64,000 nt of DNA from Isurus oxyrinchus (Eukaryota): positions 61,566,001 to 61,630,000 of the forward strand of contig JANJGN010000020.1 in assembly GCA_026770705.1 (NCBI GenBank), in the 5' to 3' direction. The position numbers and the translations under genes were made by a program. Shown piece by piece: positions 38,046-50,269 of the stretch (positions within the stretch are counted from its first letter, which is position 1; the number at the start of each line of letters is the position of its first letter). Below the pieces are notes generated by a model, which was not told where the DNA came from, made no database searches, and saw nothing but the letters and a program-made list of their open reading frames with translations.

Positions 38046-41000
38046 ATGTCACTCTTCAGCAGAATTGATCCTTACAACACAACTATGGAAGATTGGAGGC
38101 AGTATATGGTGCGCCTTGGTTTTTATTTTGTGGTGAACGAAATTACCATGGAGGAGAAGCAGAAAGCAGTCCTTTTGAATGTATGTGGCAGCAAGACATA
38201 CAATATCATCTGCAGTCTGATGGCCCTGAACGCACCCAATTCAAAGCCCTTTGACAAATTGGTAGACATTGTGAAGGTGCAATTTCAGTGGAAGCCATCC
38301 GAAATAATGTAGAAGTTTAAGTTTAGCTCCGGAGTAAGTGCCCCGGGAGAGTTCATTGCAACCTAAATAGTGAAGTTGAAACAGTTGACTGAACACTGCA
38401 ACTTTGGAGGTACACTCAATGATATGCTGCGGGACCGATATGTTTGTGGAGTTCATGACGACACCATTCAGTGCTGTTTACACGCAGAAGTCAACATCGA
38501 TTTGAAGGGCACCATGGAAATAGCACTAGCCATGGAAAGTGCTGTGAGAGACTCGCAGGCTTTACAGAAAGTATAACTATTTCTGGAATGTATGGCGCAA
38601 ATCTTCATGTGGATTGGGAACCTATCGCCAGGCGTAGCATGAAAACCAGAGACACAGCAGCGATCTCTGCTGCTAGAAAAACATTTCAGCAGCAACTCCG
38701 AAGTTAATCTGTTATCGATGTGGGGGTAACCACGTGCCGGACATTTGCAGATTCAAAGAGGCAGAATGTCATTACTGCCATAAGAAACATCACATAATAG
38801 AGCAATGTAGGGCAAACTCGAAACAGCCCATAAGGCAGCCAAAATGATTGAGTGAATAATATAACAGAACCTGAGCTGCCCGATCCCGACATTTTTTCCC
38901 TGCACAATGTCACAGCAGCAAAACTGAATGTGTTACCATCACGATTCAAGTGAATGGGAAGCCACTAATAATGGAAGAAGGTACGGGAGTCTCAACCACA
39001 CATTTAAATACCTAAATGAAGGTACCCAGCCACTGAATCTAGACCAAACAACAGCTCAATTGAAGACATACACTAGAGAATCCATACAGGTAAAGGACAT
39101 CACTACAGTACCTGTGCCCTATGGGTGAGAGACAGCCCAGCTTCCTGTGATCATAGTGATAGGTGAAGGACCTAGTCTTCTGAGCTGAGACTGGTTACAA
39201 AAAATTAAGCTCAACTGGTCTGAAATATTTCACTTGAGAACAGGAGCAGTTCCTGAACTGTTAAGGAAATACAACCGTGTATTTCATGACGAATTAGCAA
39301 AGTTAAAAGACTTAAAAGCAAAAATATGTGTAGATTCTCAGGCGACACCCCGTTTCTTTAAGGCCAGACCTGTGCCTTATGCCCTAAAGGAGAAGCTGGA
39401 TGCAGAATTGTGCTGGCTAGAAAAGGCATCATCCAACCAATCCAATTTTTGGAATGGGCAGTGCCCATAATCCCAGTGGTGAAACCTGACCAAACTATAC
39501 ACATTTGTGGGGACTCTAAATTGACCATGAACAAGGCAGCCAAACTAGATAAATATCCTATCTGGAGGATAGACGACTTGTATGCAAAACTAGCTGGAGG
39601 CAAATCCTACACCAAACTGGCATGAGCCATGCTTACCAACAGTTAGAGCTAGATAGCACGTCTAGAGGGATGTAACCAGCAACACGGGTCAACAAGGGTC
39701 TGTATCAATATACCTGCCTACCCCTTGGAGTATCATCTACATATGCAATTTTCAAAGGACAATGGAGAGTCTTTTGCAAGGATTTCCCTGAGTAGTAGTA
39801 TACCTAGATGATGTTGTGATCACAGGGTCAACTGAAGCCAAAGATTTGGAAGAGGTGTTAAGAAGATTCTTGGAAGTCGGTGTATGATTAAAGAAAGAGA
39901 AAAGTACATTCCAAATGCCAGAAGTTACTAACCTGGGTCACAGGGTGGATGCCATGGGATTGTATCCATTAGAAGAGATAGTTAGGGCAATTAAGAGGCG
40001 CCCTCTCCATCCATTGTAACTGAACTCAAGTCTTTTTTAGACATGATCAATTATCATAGCCGCTTCTTGCCAAACTTGTCAACAGTGTTAGCATCGTTAC
40101 ACTTGTTGTTGATAAAGAATCATCATTGGTCATGGAATTCACAACAAGGAATAGCCTTTGTAAAAGTGAAGAAGCTATTAGAGTCATCATATTTACTGAT
40201 ACATTACGACCCATTGGAAGAATTGGTATTAACATGTGATGTATCTCCTTATGGTGTGGAAGCTGTGTTATCACATAGGATGGAAGATGGATCAGAAAGG
40301 CCCATTGGTTATGTCTCGAGAATCTCTCTGTAGCTGAGAAGGGTTATTCCCAACAAGAAAAGGAAGGCTTATCAGTGATATTTGGAGTGAAGAATTTCCA
40401 TCGGTACCTGCATGGATGACATTTCACCATTGTGTTGGACCGTAAACCATTAATGTGTTTATTCAGTGAGGATAAAGCCAATAGCATCAGCAAGAATTCA
40501 ACGGTGGGCTTTGATATTATCTGTGTATGAATATAACTTTATGCACCATCTTGGCTTGCATATTGTAAATGCGGACACACTTAAGTCATCTCTCATTACC
40601 AGATAGCATTGTACATGCTCCAGTGCCACAAGAAGTTGTGCTTGTACTGAATTCCTTGGATTCTTCGCCTGTGTGTGCGAAGAAAATTAGGAATTGGTCT
40701 AACAGAAGTCCAATTTTGTCAAAAGTCCAAAGCCCTGTGTTGCAAGGGTGGTCAAATTCACCAGTGTCTGAAGAGATGAGACCATCCCATGCCCGTGAAA
40801 CAGAGTTAAGTTGTGAAGATGAAATGTTGTTGTGGGGATCAAGAGTCATCATCCCTTTGCAAGGAAGAGAACCATTCTTGACAGTGCTTCACGATGCACA
40901 TCCAGGCAAATTGAAGATGAAAATGCCTGCACGAAGCTATGTCTGCTGGCCAGGCATAGACAGTGACATTGAAAGTGTGGTCAAGTACTATCTCCAGTGT

Positions 41001-41800
41001 CAGCAATAACACAGTGTCAGCACAACAGACGTTGCCTATTTCAGCTCCACTGCATCCACGGGAGTGGCCTGGTCGACCATGGGTTAGACTATGTATTGAT
41101 TATGTTGGACCATTCTTAGGTATCAAATTTTTATTGACTGTAGATGCGCATTCTAAGTGGATGGATATGTGGGATGTCAGATCACCGACATCGAGCGCAA
41201 CTATTGAAAAGCTACGTCATTGTTTTAGTTTACATGGCCTACAGAAAGTCATTGTTTCAGATAATGGTACAGTCTTTACCAGTACAGAGTTTCAAAGATT
41301 CATAATTGTAAATGGAATCAGATATATTAAAACAGCACCATATCACCCCTCATCAAATGGTTTAGCTGAAAGAGCTGCGCATACTTTCAAATCTGGAATG
41401 AAGAGGTTTTCCGAAGGTACTCTAGAAACTCGACTTTCCTGCTTTCTTCTCAATTATTGTACAATGCCTCATTCAACTACAGGTTTAACACTGTCTGAAT
41501 TATTGATGAAACGCTGCCCACGTACAAGGTTAAGTTTGGTGTTTCCAAACTTAGAAGGGAAAGTAGAGAAAAATCAGAGTAATCAAAAATTGAATCACGA
41601 TATTCATAGCAAAGCTCGGAGGTTCATTGTAGGAGATACAGTTTTCATGCGTAATTTTGGAAGTGGACCTTGATGAGTTCCTGGTATAATTGTCTCAAAA
41701 ATTGGTCCCTTGTCCTTCCAAGTGGAAGTGGAAGACAGAATTGTTCAAAAACATGTGGATCATAGGAATAGAGACTTTCCTATAACCAGCTATTCCATCT
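38046..41800 (+). pseudogene. Gypsy gag-pol polyprotein (many stops and frameshifts)
   Basis: Gag EDWRQYMVRLGFYF and LNDMLRDRYVCG; knuckle CYRCGGNH...CHYCHKKHH; RT WAVPIIPVVKPD and YLDDVVITG; RNase H LVLTCDVSPYGVEAVLSH; IN LHDAHPG, PWVRLCIDYVGPF, VSDNGTVF and PYHPSSNGLAER. Confidence 0.9.
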
Positions 41801-42106
41801 ATGGTTAACTTTGAACCATTAATCCCTGAGGTGACAGATTGACCTAGAATAGTTATGCCTGATGCCTCTGTACAGTTGCCAAACTCTGAACTGCCACTTT
41901 CTAGTTATGTATCTGGGTCTGCAGTTCCTGATCATGTTGATCCAGTGAAATAACCTCAAGTGGCAGAGCTGCACCGCTCTAACTGAATAAGGAAACCACC
42001 TCAGACACTTAATTTTTAATTACCTGACTTGTATATACATGTATGTTGTGCGTTATTCAACTGTTCTCTGTAAATAGGAAGTGTAAAAAACTAAAGGGGG
42101 AGGAAA

Positions 42107-42323
42107 TATAGTAAGTGAAGGTATAGTCTTTCCTACTGGCTATCAGGAATCATGTGATTGTTCTTGGAGACTCTGACCAATGAGCCCTAAGCCCGGATAA
42201 TCTGGGCGGGGCATGGTTTTTTTTCAGTTGAGGACCTGGTTCAAGCATGTAGCTTCTGAAAAGCTCTCTGAAATAAGTTATCTGTTTCAAGTAGAAATCT
42301 GTTTGGCACGTCAAGTCATTACA
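42107..42323 (+). repeat. 3' LTR
   Basis: Follows the PPT, ends ...TCATTACA, and is a direct repeat of the 5' LTR. Confidence 0.88.
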
Positions 42324-42329
42324 CAGTCA

Positions 42330-43695
42330 ATGTCGTGAGTCTGGCCCCAATGACCTTGCATACCTGCTGTCCACATGCATTTGCCTTTTTCAACAAAAGT
42401 CATGAGCTATGTCATCAAAGGACAGTCCTTGTTGCCCAGTAGCCACTCTTTGGTTTGTGATGGAGGCTCAAACACAAATGTTTTGATGGACTGCCACAGA
42501 ATTAAGGCATCGTGAACGTTGCCAGGGTACCAGGAATTGACCTATACAATACACTACATATGGTTGACCAGCAACTGGACTTTGAGGGACAGGAATCTCT
42601 TTTAATTGAGTTGAATTGTGGCACCTGCAAAGTGGCATATGTGCAGTCAGTGGCACCCTGCACATGGAGATACCTGAAATTATCACAATGCCAGGTGCTG
42701 CTGTCTGACATGAGAGAATAAAATGCATTCACCCCCATTGGAATACAGAACCGCAGTGAGCTCCATTATGCAACAGTGGACAACAAACTGAAAGATATTA
42801 GGAATATTGGCGCTCCAGCCTGGGAAGAGCCAGGCGCATTAAAGTTCATGGCACTTCACAGCCATTAAACCTCCTCTCAGGCTGCAGTTTTAGTTCAACA
42901 GGTACCAGATTTTAGTGAAGAGATCCTTAATGAAGAGGTGACATCTGACACACCATTTCTCCCTGAGATTCAGGTAGGAGAATTGCTCCCTGAACACCCT
43001 GTTACATATGGCCTGCTGCTGAGTAGCCCTTCTTCCTGTCCTGTTCCTCTGCCAGCAGCTTGTCCTGCTTTGTGTCACTGTTGCTCATTCTCCATGCTGT
43101 GGTCCATGGGGAAAACAAACGACTGCACCCATATCAGGGAGCAAGTGGTTTGTGCAAAATCCTTAAAGTTTGGGCAAAGTGTTTCAGGGCATGCCACACC
43201 ACTCCCTGTAAGCTTTAGAAACTTTAAAGAGCTCTAGAAACCCCACTTTTACAATCACAGCAACAGACAGTAGAATTAGTCAGCAACTATACTGAAGATA
43301 GCTGATGATCCCTTTAAATAGCAATGGTGGTGTCTGAGCAAACCCTTGAAGTGAGAACCAAGATCTTAACCATGTGCCACACCATCCTTGTAGACTTCAC
43401 CAACTTTAAATAACAGTACAAATCTCAAAACACTTCTACTAACCCAACAACAGCCAGTAAAAATCAATAACCTGAAAGTAGTTGATTATGCTCTTAAGAT
43501 AACAAAATGCCGGTTTCAAATCGGCATTGTACACTGATTAGAATCACAATCTGCCCATTTTGCTTTCCAGGGATGCTTCCTGCATGCATACTAACACCCT
43601 CACAAAAATGGCATCTAGCGTGGCTGGCACAGGCTCCACTTTGGAGGCAAAATAACATTAAGAAACAGGCACCAAGGAGCCAAATTTTCCAGACC
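42330..43695 (-). mobile_element. Harbinger transposon remnant (family C) with decayed transposase
   Basis: Minus strand: RVFREQFSYLNL, VQGATDCT, YPGNVHDALIL and EWLLGNKDCPL (Harbinger DDE motifs VQGAIDCTH, YPGS.HD, WLLGDKGYPL). Terminus GGTCTGGAAAAT at 43695. Confidence 0.75.
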
Positions 43696-43966
43696 TACTC
43701 TTTCTCTATTTCTGTTTTTCTCTCTCTCTTTATCTCTTCTTATCTTCCCCCAATGGCAGTGTGGTTACACTGGGAGTGATCAAGAGCTCCAGCTAAGATC
43801 TTCCACCCCTATCTTGGGCTTCTTGATGGCATTCATAGTATTCACAAATACATTGGTTGAAGTAGAGCAGTTCACAGAGAAGACCAGCAGCTGTTATCAA
43901 ACCAGTGGCAATGCATACAATTCATGCCGTTTTCTTGTCAACCAAAGAAGTCATAATTATCTCAAT

Positions 43967-44241
43967 CAAAAACAGAATTACCTGGAAAAACTCAGCAGGT
44001 CTGGCAGCATCGGCGGAGAAGAAAAGAGTTGACGTTTCGAGTCCTCATGACCCTTCGACAGAACTTGAGTTCGAGTCCAAGAAAGAGTTTTCTTGGACTC
44101 GAACTCAAGTTCTGTCGAAGGGTCATGAGGACTCGAAACGTCAACTCTTTTCTTCTCCGCCGATGCTGCCAGACCTGCTGAGTTTTTCCAGGTAATTCTG
44201 TTTTTGTTTTGGATTTCCAGCATCCGCAGTTTTTTTGTTTT
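43967..44241. mobile_element. Young Penelope-derived palindromic insert
   Basis: 118-bp perfect inverted arms (43967-44084 / 44089-44206) with a 4-nt spacer. 14-bp TSD ataattatctcaat (43953-43966, 44242-44255). Confidence 0.9.
44108..44146 (+). ncRNA. Minimal hammerhead-like motif (mirror copy on - strand at 44027-44065)
   Basis: AGTT-CTGTCGA-A-GGGTC-ATGAG-GACTC-GAAA-CG-TC-AACT: stem I, variant core (CUGUCGA), stem II, GAAA box and GUC cleavage triplet. Confidence 0.55.
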
Positions 44242-45034
44242 ATAATTATCTCAATGTTCTATTTCCCGGGAGTATCGTGAAGCATTGGTGTAGAATTTGT
44301 TTGTGTTTGTGCTTGCATGGAATTGTATAAAGGAAAAGCCTCCTAATTACCACCTTTATCCTTCATGTATAAATTATTCTTGTTTACACATGGCTACCAC
44401 CCTGATTGCAGTGACATCTTCAGTAAGATAAAAATCAAATTGTGATTGAGAAGATACAGCACCAGTCCTCGTAAAAATATTTACCCAGTACATGGGGCTA
44501 GCTCAAAATGAATATACAAACCTTGTAGGACATTTAGCCAATTAGAATCATTCATCAAGTAATCGAATTCTTTCAGACAAGCATTCAGCTGCCTTTTGAA
44601 TACTTTTAGTTTCATTTACCTTGCAAAGCAGATTATTACAAACATTTATCTCTTCTGAATTTAAAAAAATCATTCTAATGTCTGGTTTAATTTACTTGTA
44701 CTAATGTAAATTTAAGTCCTCTCGTACTGCAAGCCTGACACACTTCAAAGTAACAGTCTGTGTTTACTTATTCGTACCACTGAATATTTATACACTTGAA
44801 TGAGTTCTCTCCTTAACTTTTTCTCTGGACTATAGAGCTTGATCCTATAATCCTTACCCATATCTCATCTCTATTGTATTTGGCATAATTCTTGTTATTT
44901 TTCTCTATATCCTTTCCAATTCGTATATGTCCTTTTTCTAGCCTAGCGACCTATATTGAACACAATTTTCCAGATGTGGACTGAACAGTATATAATAAAG
45001 TCCTAGAATAACCTCTGTTTGCTTGTATTCTTAA

Positions 45035-45290
45035 ACCAAGATCCTTGACATTTTTTGAGGAAGAACAGAGAAGTTGTCCTGGTATTCTCGCCAATGTTTA
45101 TTCCTCAACTAATACTACTGAAAACAGAATATTCTGTCATTTATCATCTTGCTGTGGGGAAATTGGAAAACTTTATAGCCTACAAAGCAACAATGTCTAC
45201 CCTTCAAAAATACTTTGTTGGCTGTGTTGTGCTTTGGAATATCTTGAGTCATGAAAGGTGCTATATAAAATTTAGAATCTTCTGTTTCTT
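45035..45290 (+). mobile_element. Deu-domain SINE (SacSINE1-like) 3' portion
   Basis: Resembles, from memory, the DeuSINE consensus ...gccaatatttatccctcaac...cttcaaaagtacttcattggctgt...gtgaaaggcgctatataaatgc. Confidence 0.55.
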
Positions 45291-45782
45291 GTTTGATACA
45301 GAACAGTTTGGTGATGATGGTGGTGGGAACAGTTAGGTTTTTCAGAATTAGGAATGATCAGAAATGAAACTCTCACGTTAAAGGTAACAAACCACAGAGT
45401 GCAGAAGGTGGGGAAGCCTCCTATTTCAAATCATCACACCTTCATTGTTCTAAAATGATTGTGATTTTATCATGCTGCCTTGATTTTGTTGCTTTTGTTT
45501 GGTAGGAGGCACTGTGACTGCTGTCATGAGATTTAGATCCTTCCATAATTCTTTATGTGATGTTGGGTGTCAGTAACTCATTATTTTATGTTCATTTATA
45601 GATTTCTGTTTGTGGCTGTGTTGCAGATTTTCTCCCCTCTCCCTCCCATGCTTCTTTTAAATATTAGCTTTATGGTGATGGCCTCCATGCTTTGCTTGTT
45701 CTAATGGTGATGGCCATATTTTCTGTGGCGACATACCCCTATTTTTGCTGGCTTATTCCTACCTTTTTTTTCTCCCCAGCAG

Positions 45783-45971
45783 ATCGTCCAGTCACTATTG
45801 GAACTGAACCAGAATCGCAGTAAACTGAAGCTGTACATAGGACACCTCACAGCTCTGTGTCAGGACCGTGACTCACAGATTCTTCAAGGATTGACACCAC
45901 CCCCAGCATATGGAATTGATAACAACAGGGCAACGTGGGAAGAAGATTTGCAGAAGATGAGCTCAGAGCAG
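45783..45971 (+). CDS. ERC1: Internal coding exon of ELKS/RAB6-interacting/CAST family member (ERC1-type, exon of the long FIP-RBD C-terminal isoform)
   Basis: Seen: polypyrimidine tract (accttttttttctccccag), AG acceptor, 189-nt open phase-0 exon and CAG|gtaaga donor. Translation IVQSLLELNQNRSKLKLYIGHLTALCQDRDSQILQGLTPPPAYGIDNNRATWEEDLQKMSSEQ closely resembles, from memory, human ERC1 IIQPLLELDQNRSKLKLYIGHLTTLCHDRDPLILRGLTPPASYNLDDDQAAWENELQKMTRGQ. An ERC2 paralog is not formally excluded. Flanking exons were not found in the window. Confidence 0.88.
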
Positions 45972-46763
45972 GTAAGAGAAAAGCATAAATATTAACTGCT
46001 CAAGTATGCTTTAGTTTTTCTGCACATCCATTCCCTGATCAGTTGTCAGCTATGTTGCCACAGCTGTCAAAATAGTATAATGATTCAAAAATCTTTTGAA
46101 TTAATAATCCCGTAAATTCACAATATAATGATTATTTATTTCTGCTGCATAAAAGGTTTATTGGAAATGTGATGGTTTGAAGTAGTCATTTTTACAATGT
46201 TTCCAAAGCCAGGACTGTGTTACTCATATTGTGATTTTATGCTACAGCGGGGATCCAATAAACTATAAAAAGCCCCAGGGTGCTTTCCTCATTCCTAATA
46301 TACATGTCAACACGCTCTGCTGGTCTAGTGTCACAATAGTTACCATAATATGCTACCCATTAAGTTTCCAAATTCTCAAGGTTTTGGAAGGAGAAGGACT
46401 GAAATCTTTCACTTTGAAGGATGGGAAGGAAAGAGGGAGAACAGAAGGTGTAAGTGAAACTGAATTGCTCAGGTGTATTCTGTTATGGTTGATAATACAG
46501 TAGATGTGTTGCACCAAAGATCCTGAAAGAAAACTAGAATGATCTTGTTGATTTCAACACATTTGCTGGTGTCTTTCTTGAAGCTAGTTTACACTTGTAT
46601 CAGAAAGTGGATGGAGTCACGGGATGAAACTAGGGAAAGTAATCCTCAGTTAGAGTTTCACGTTTTAAAAACAGGTTTTCATTGACTTTGCCAATTGGTC
46701 ATTGCTGATGTGTAAGAATAAGGGGAGGAGGGAATACTCTAGGAGAGTATTCACATTGGTGCT

Positions 46764-46923
46764 AGATAAAAGCAAAATACTGTGGATGCTGGAAATCTGA
46801 AACAAAAACAAAAATTGCTGGAAAAACTCAGCAAGTCTGACAGGATCTGTGGAGAGAAAGACAGAGTTATTGTTTTGAGTCCTTATGGCTCTTCTTCAGA
46901 ACTGTTTTTGTATTTGTTTTTGG
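46764..46923 (-). mobile_element. Penelope-derived short insert
   Basis: Same tail as 32446-32585 with a degenerate hammerhead. Flanked by the direct repeat ttcacattggtg (46750-46761, 46924-46935). Confidence 0.75.
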
Positions 46924-47579
46924 TTCACATTGGTGTTGCTCTTTTAATTCAGTTCAACAAATTCACTGAGGGAACAGGGGGTATTGCTTTTTGAAAACAT
47001 TTAAAGCACTGCCAAAGAGAGATCTTTCTGCTATATTTCTACAAAACAGCAAGGTTTATTGCAGTGATAGAGGATCCATTTTATTTATAAGAAAATGTTA
47101 AGCTTTCTTAACATTTCTGAGACACCCAGCAATGTATCTTTTGATTAGCTGTTATTATTTCAATCTGTAACTTGCATTTTGCAAGAAGTCATCACTTTCC
47201 ATTTCTCTGGTGAGATTGAAGGGATCCCACATGTCAGGAGGCACTTTACGAGAAAAGTCAGAAGGTAGCTATTGTTGGAATCAGTATGGAATCAGTATGG
47301 TTTCATATTCATCAATAATTTGTGAGTAAGTTGAGCACAAAACCTGTATTTTAGTAACACTTAATTCTAATTTTATATTCTGTTAACAGCAACAACTTAT
47401 ACTTACCTTGCGCCTTTAAAGTAATGAAATGTCCCAAGGCATTTCACAGATGCATTATAAAACAAAGTATGACACAAAGCCACATAAGGTGATATTAGGT
47501 CCGTTCATCAAAAGCTCCATCAAAGAGGTAGATTTTAAGGAGGTTAAATACAAAGGAGCTAATGGCACTAGATTTCCAT

Positions 47580-48221
47580 GGGGACAATTTTCTCCCCATC
47601 GTGGGGGTTGGGGGGGAGCAGGCGTGCAGCCGATTGCCACCCGAGATCAACTGCGCGCCGCCATTTTACGTGGGCGGGCCAATTAGCCCGGAAGTGCTGA
47701 GTGCTCCCTGTGTGGGCGGGAGGAGTAGGCTGAGTTGGGGCCTGTGCTCTTTCACGCATGCGCGCAGAAATCTCCCTGAGCCATAGAGTTGCCTCAGGGA
47801 GATTAGTGTGATTTTTAAAAATTTTAATAAAGAAAAAAAATTTTGAAGACATGTCCCGTCATGTCATCCCACATGAGCTGGGACATGTCACTGAATTTTA
47901 TTAAAAACTTTTATTAAACTTTAAAAACCCTCATGAAATCTCATCCCTCCCATGGATGAGGTTTCATGATAAATGCAAAGGCTGCCTGGTCTCTTCGCCT
48001 GCCCGCCAACCTTAAGGTTGGACAGGCAGCTCAGTTAATTAATTAGTTTTTAAATGGCCTTAATAGGCCTTTGACAGTTTGGTGGGCACGCAGCTGACTC
48101 CGCTGTGTGCCCACCAAACTGAAGACCTGAATAACGCGTGGTGATGTCATGACGCATGCCTGACATCACTGCACATCATTTTATGCATCCACCCCTGCTC
48201 ACCGACCCAAAGATTCTGGCC
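47580..48221. mobile_element. Non-autonomous PIF/Harbinger MITE (family A)
   Basis: Ends GGGGACAATTTT / AAGATTCTGGCC with TSD CAT (47577-47579, 48222-48224). The right subterminal region matches 62170-62360. Confidence 0.85.
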
Positions 48222-48914
48222 CATGTCATTTAGCAAATCAGAAAATGTTCAAATTAAGGGAGTGTGTAATTTATAATTATTATTAGACTAGAATTTAATT
48301 TAGTGTTGAAGCCAGTGTAAGTTCAGTATCGATCACTGTGATTAAAACTGACATGGATATACAGTAACTTTTACTTGAGAGTTTAGTAAGAGTCTTTTGT
48401 AAAGAGTGTTTTGTGTTCATTGAAGTGAGAGCTGTTCATGCTGGGAATGAAATTTCCATTTTCTGGCACCAAGTATCAGCATCAGGTACTCCCAAGTCCA
48501 GTATTGTGCACCTGGAAGCAGAGTACAATTCCCTCTGCTCCGCTGCAACAATGTGGCTTAGCCCAAACTACAGAAGATATAGCTCTAGATGTAGGTTACA
48601 CAATGCATTGAACTGCCCATGCGTGAGCCACAGACTGGAGGTATGTTTGTTTCTTTTTTATTCTTCTATGAGATAAGAGCATCGCTGGCAAGACCAGCAT
48701 TTGTCGCCCATCCCTAATTGACATTGGGAAAATGGTGGTGAGTCATCTTCTTGAACCGCTGTAATCCATCTGGTGTAGGAAGTGAGTTCAAGGATTTTGA
48801 CCCAGCGACATTAAAGGAAGTGCAAGTTCACTCATTTCAGCCCGCATCTAACTTCCAGATCAAGTTTTACCATTGTGGCCTAATGCCAAGAAATCTAAAG
48901 GATGGGCAAGATTG

Positions 48915-49340
48915 ACCCCTAGCAAAATTTAAGTCAATGGGAATTAGGAGGGAAACGCTTCACCGGCTGAAGTCATACCTAGCACAAAGGAAGATTGTTG
49001 CGGTTGTTGAAAGCCAATCATCTCAGCCCCAAGACATTGTTGAAGGAGTTCCTCAAGGTAGTGTCCTAAGTTTCATCTTCAGCTGCATCATTACTGACTT
49101 TCCCTCCATCATAAAGTCTGAAGTGGGGATAATTTCACAGTTCTGAGTACCATTCACAACTCTTCAGGTAATAAAGCAGCCCATGCCCACTTGTAACAAT
49201 ACCTCGACAACATTCATGCTTGGGCTGATAAGTTGCAAATGACATTCATGCCACACAATTGTCAAACGATGATCATCTCCAACAAAGGAGAATCTAACCA
49301 TCTCTCTTTAACAATCAATGGCATTGCTATCACCAAATCA
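48915..49340 (+). mobile_element. LINE RT fragment (CR1/L2 group)
   Basis: LKSYLAQRKIVAVVESQSSQPQDIVEGVPQGSVLS. Confidence 0.7.
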
Positions 49341-49443
49341 CTAAACAAACAGAGCATACTTAAAACCTTCAAGAAATACTAACTGGATAGAAAAACGAAA
49401 AAAGCCTTAGAACTGAAAGTCAACCAGGAGTTAAAGAAAGCAG

Positions 49444-49580
49444 AAACAAAACCAGAAAATGCTGGTCTAACAGCATCTGTGGAGAGAAAGACAGTTAATG
49501 TTTCGGGTCCATATGACTCTTCTCAGAGCATTTTCTGTTTTTGTTTCAGGTTTCCAACATCTGCAGTATTTTGCTTTTAT
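49444..49580. mobile_element. Old Penelope-derived tail-to-tail insert
   Basis: Inverted tail segments of the same family, a degenerate hammerhead remnant, and a degenerate flanking duplication (gttaaagaaagcag / gttacagaaagtag). Confidence 0.6.
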
Positions 49581-50269
49581 CTTAGTGTTACAGAAAGTAG
49601 TAGTGCAAAGCACAGAAGGACAAAATCTCAACAATCTCAGAAAAACTTCCCCGAATTAAAACAGTTCTAGAAAGCCGTTGAAACTTGAAAATGCACAATA
49701 TTGAACTTTGTTTGAAAATACGCAAAAGAAAGTAACATGTCAAAGAAAACAGTAAAGCAGCCAGCAATATGTAGATGGTCAATGACAATCCCCATCCCCC
49801 TCATTGTGGCAATAAGCAATCATAAGCCCTCCCACTACCCCATTAAGGCAAAAAAGAACAGCCCCCGCGGCTGAAACAATTATCACTTCCAGTCTCCCTT
49901 CCATTCCAGGTGAGACAAAATTTGTACTTGGAAGCCCCAGTTGAGGTAAACCTCTCCCTTCCCCATTCCCCTCTCCCATACCTGCTCTTTCTTTGCTCTC
50001 CTCCACCTCCTCTTTGCTCCATCTTTCCCCTCCCCCCAGCTTCTTGTTCTCATAATCCTTCCTCCCCTCCCCTATACCTCCTTGCTCTCTGCTTTCGTTA
50101 CTTCTGTAATCTCTAACCCTGTTTGACCTGAAAAGTGTCCTTGGTCTTGACACTCCATGTGCATTGCCATGGTAGGTCAACTAGTATGTTTACAATTAAA
50201 AAATGTATATTTCATTTCTAAATCCTGTTTTCTAAGTTAATGAGGTTGAACAGACCAAATACATATCCC

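Larger units (their letters stand above)
37739..42323 (+). mobile_element. Full-length decayed Gypsy (Mag/K02A2.6-like) LTR retrotransposon
   Basis: LTRs at 37739-37952 and 42107-42323, PBS TGGCGATGAGG at 37955, PPT AAAGGGGGAGGAAA at 42093-42106, 5-bp TSD tagtc/cagtc. gag-pol motifs occur in the order Zn-knuckle, PR, RT, RNase H, IN. Confidence 0.93.

Noticed and set aside
43905-44223. Mirror-image ORFs (NRITWKNSAGLAASAEKKRVDVSS...) on both strands
   Set aside because: Artefact of the DNA palindrome formed by Penelope 3' tails; not a protein gene.
1-45782. Neuronal ERC1 exon encoding DEEEGIWA and the upstream ...KPSPDQ exon
   Set aside because: Searched by eye and not found; probably upstream of the window.
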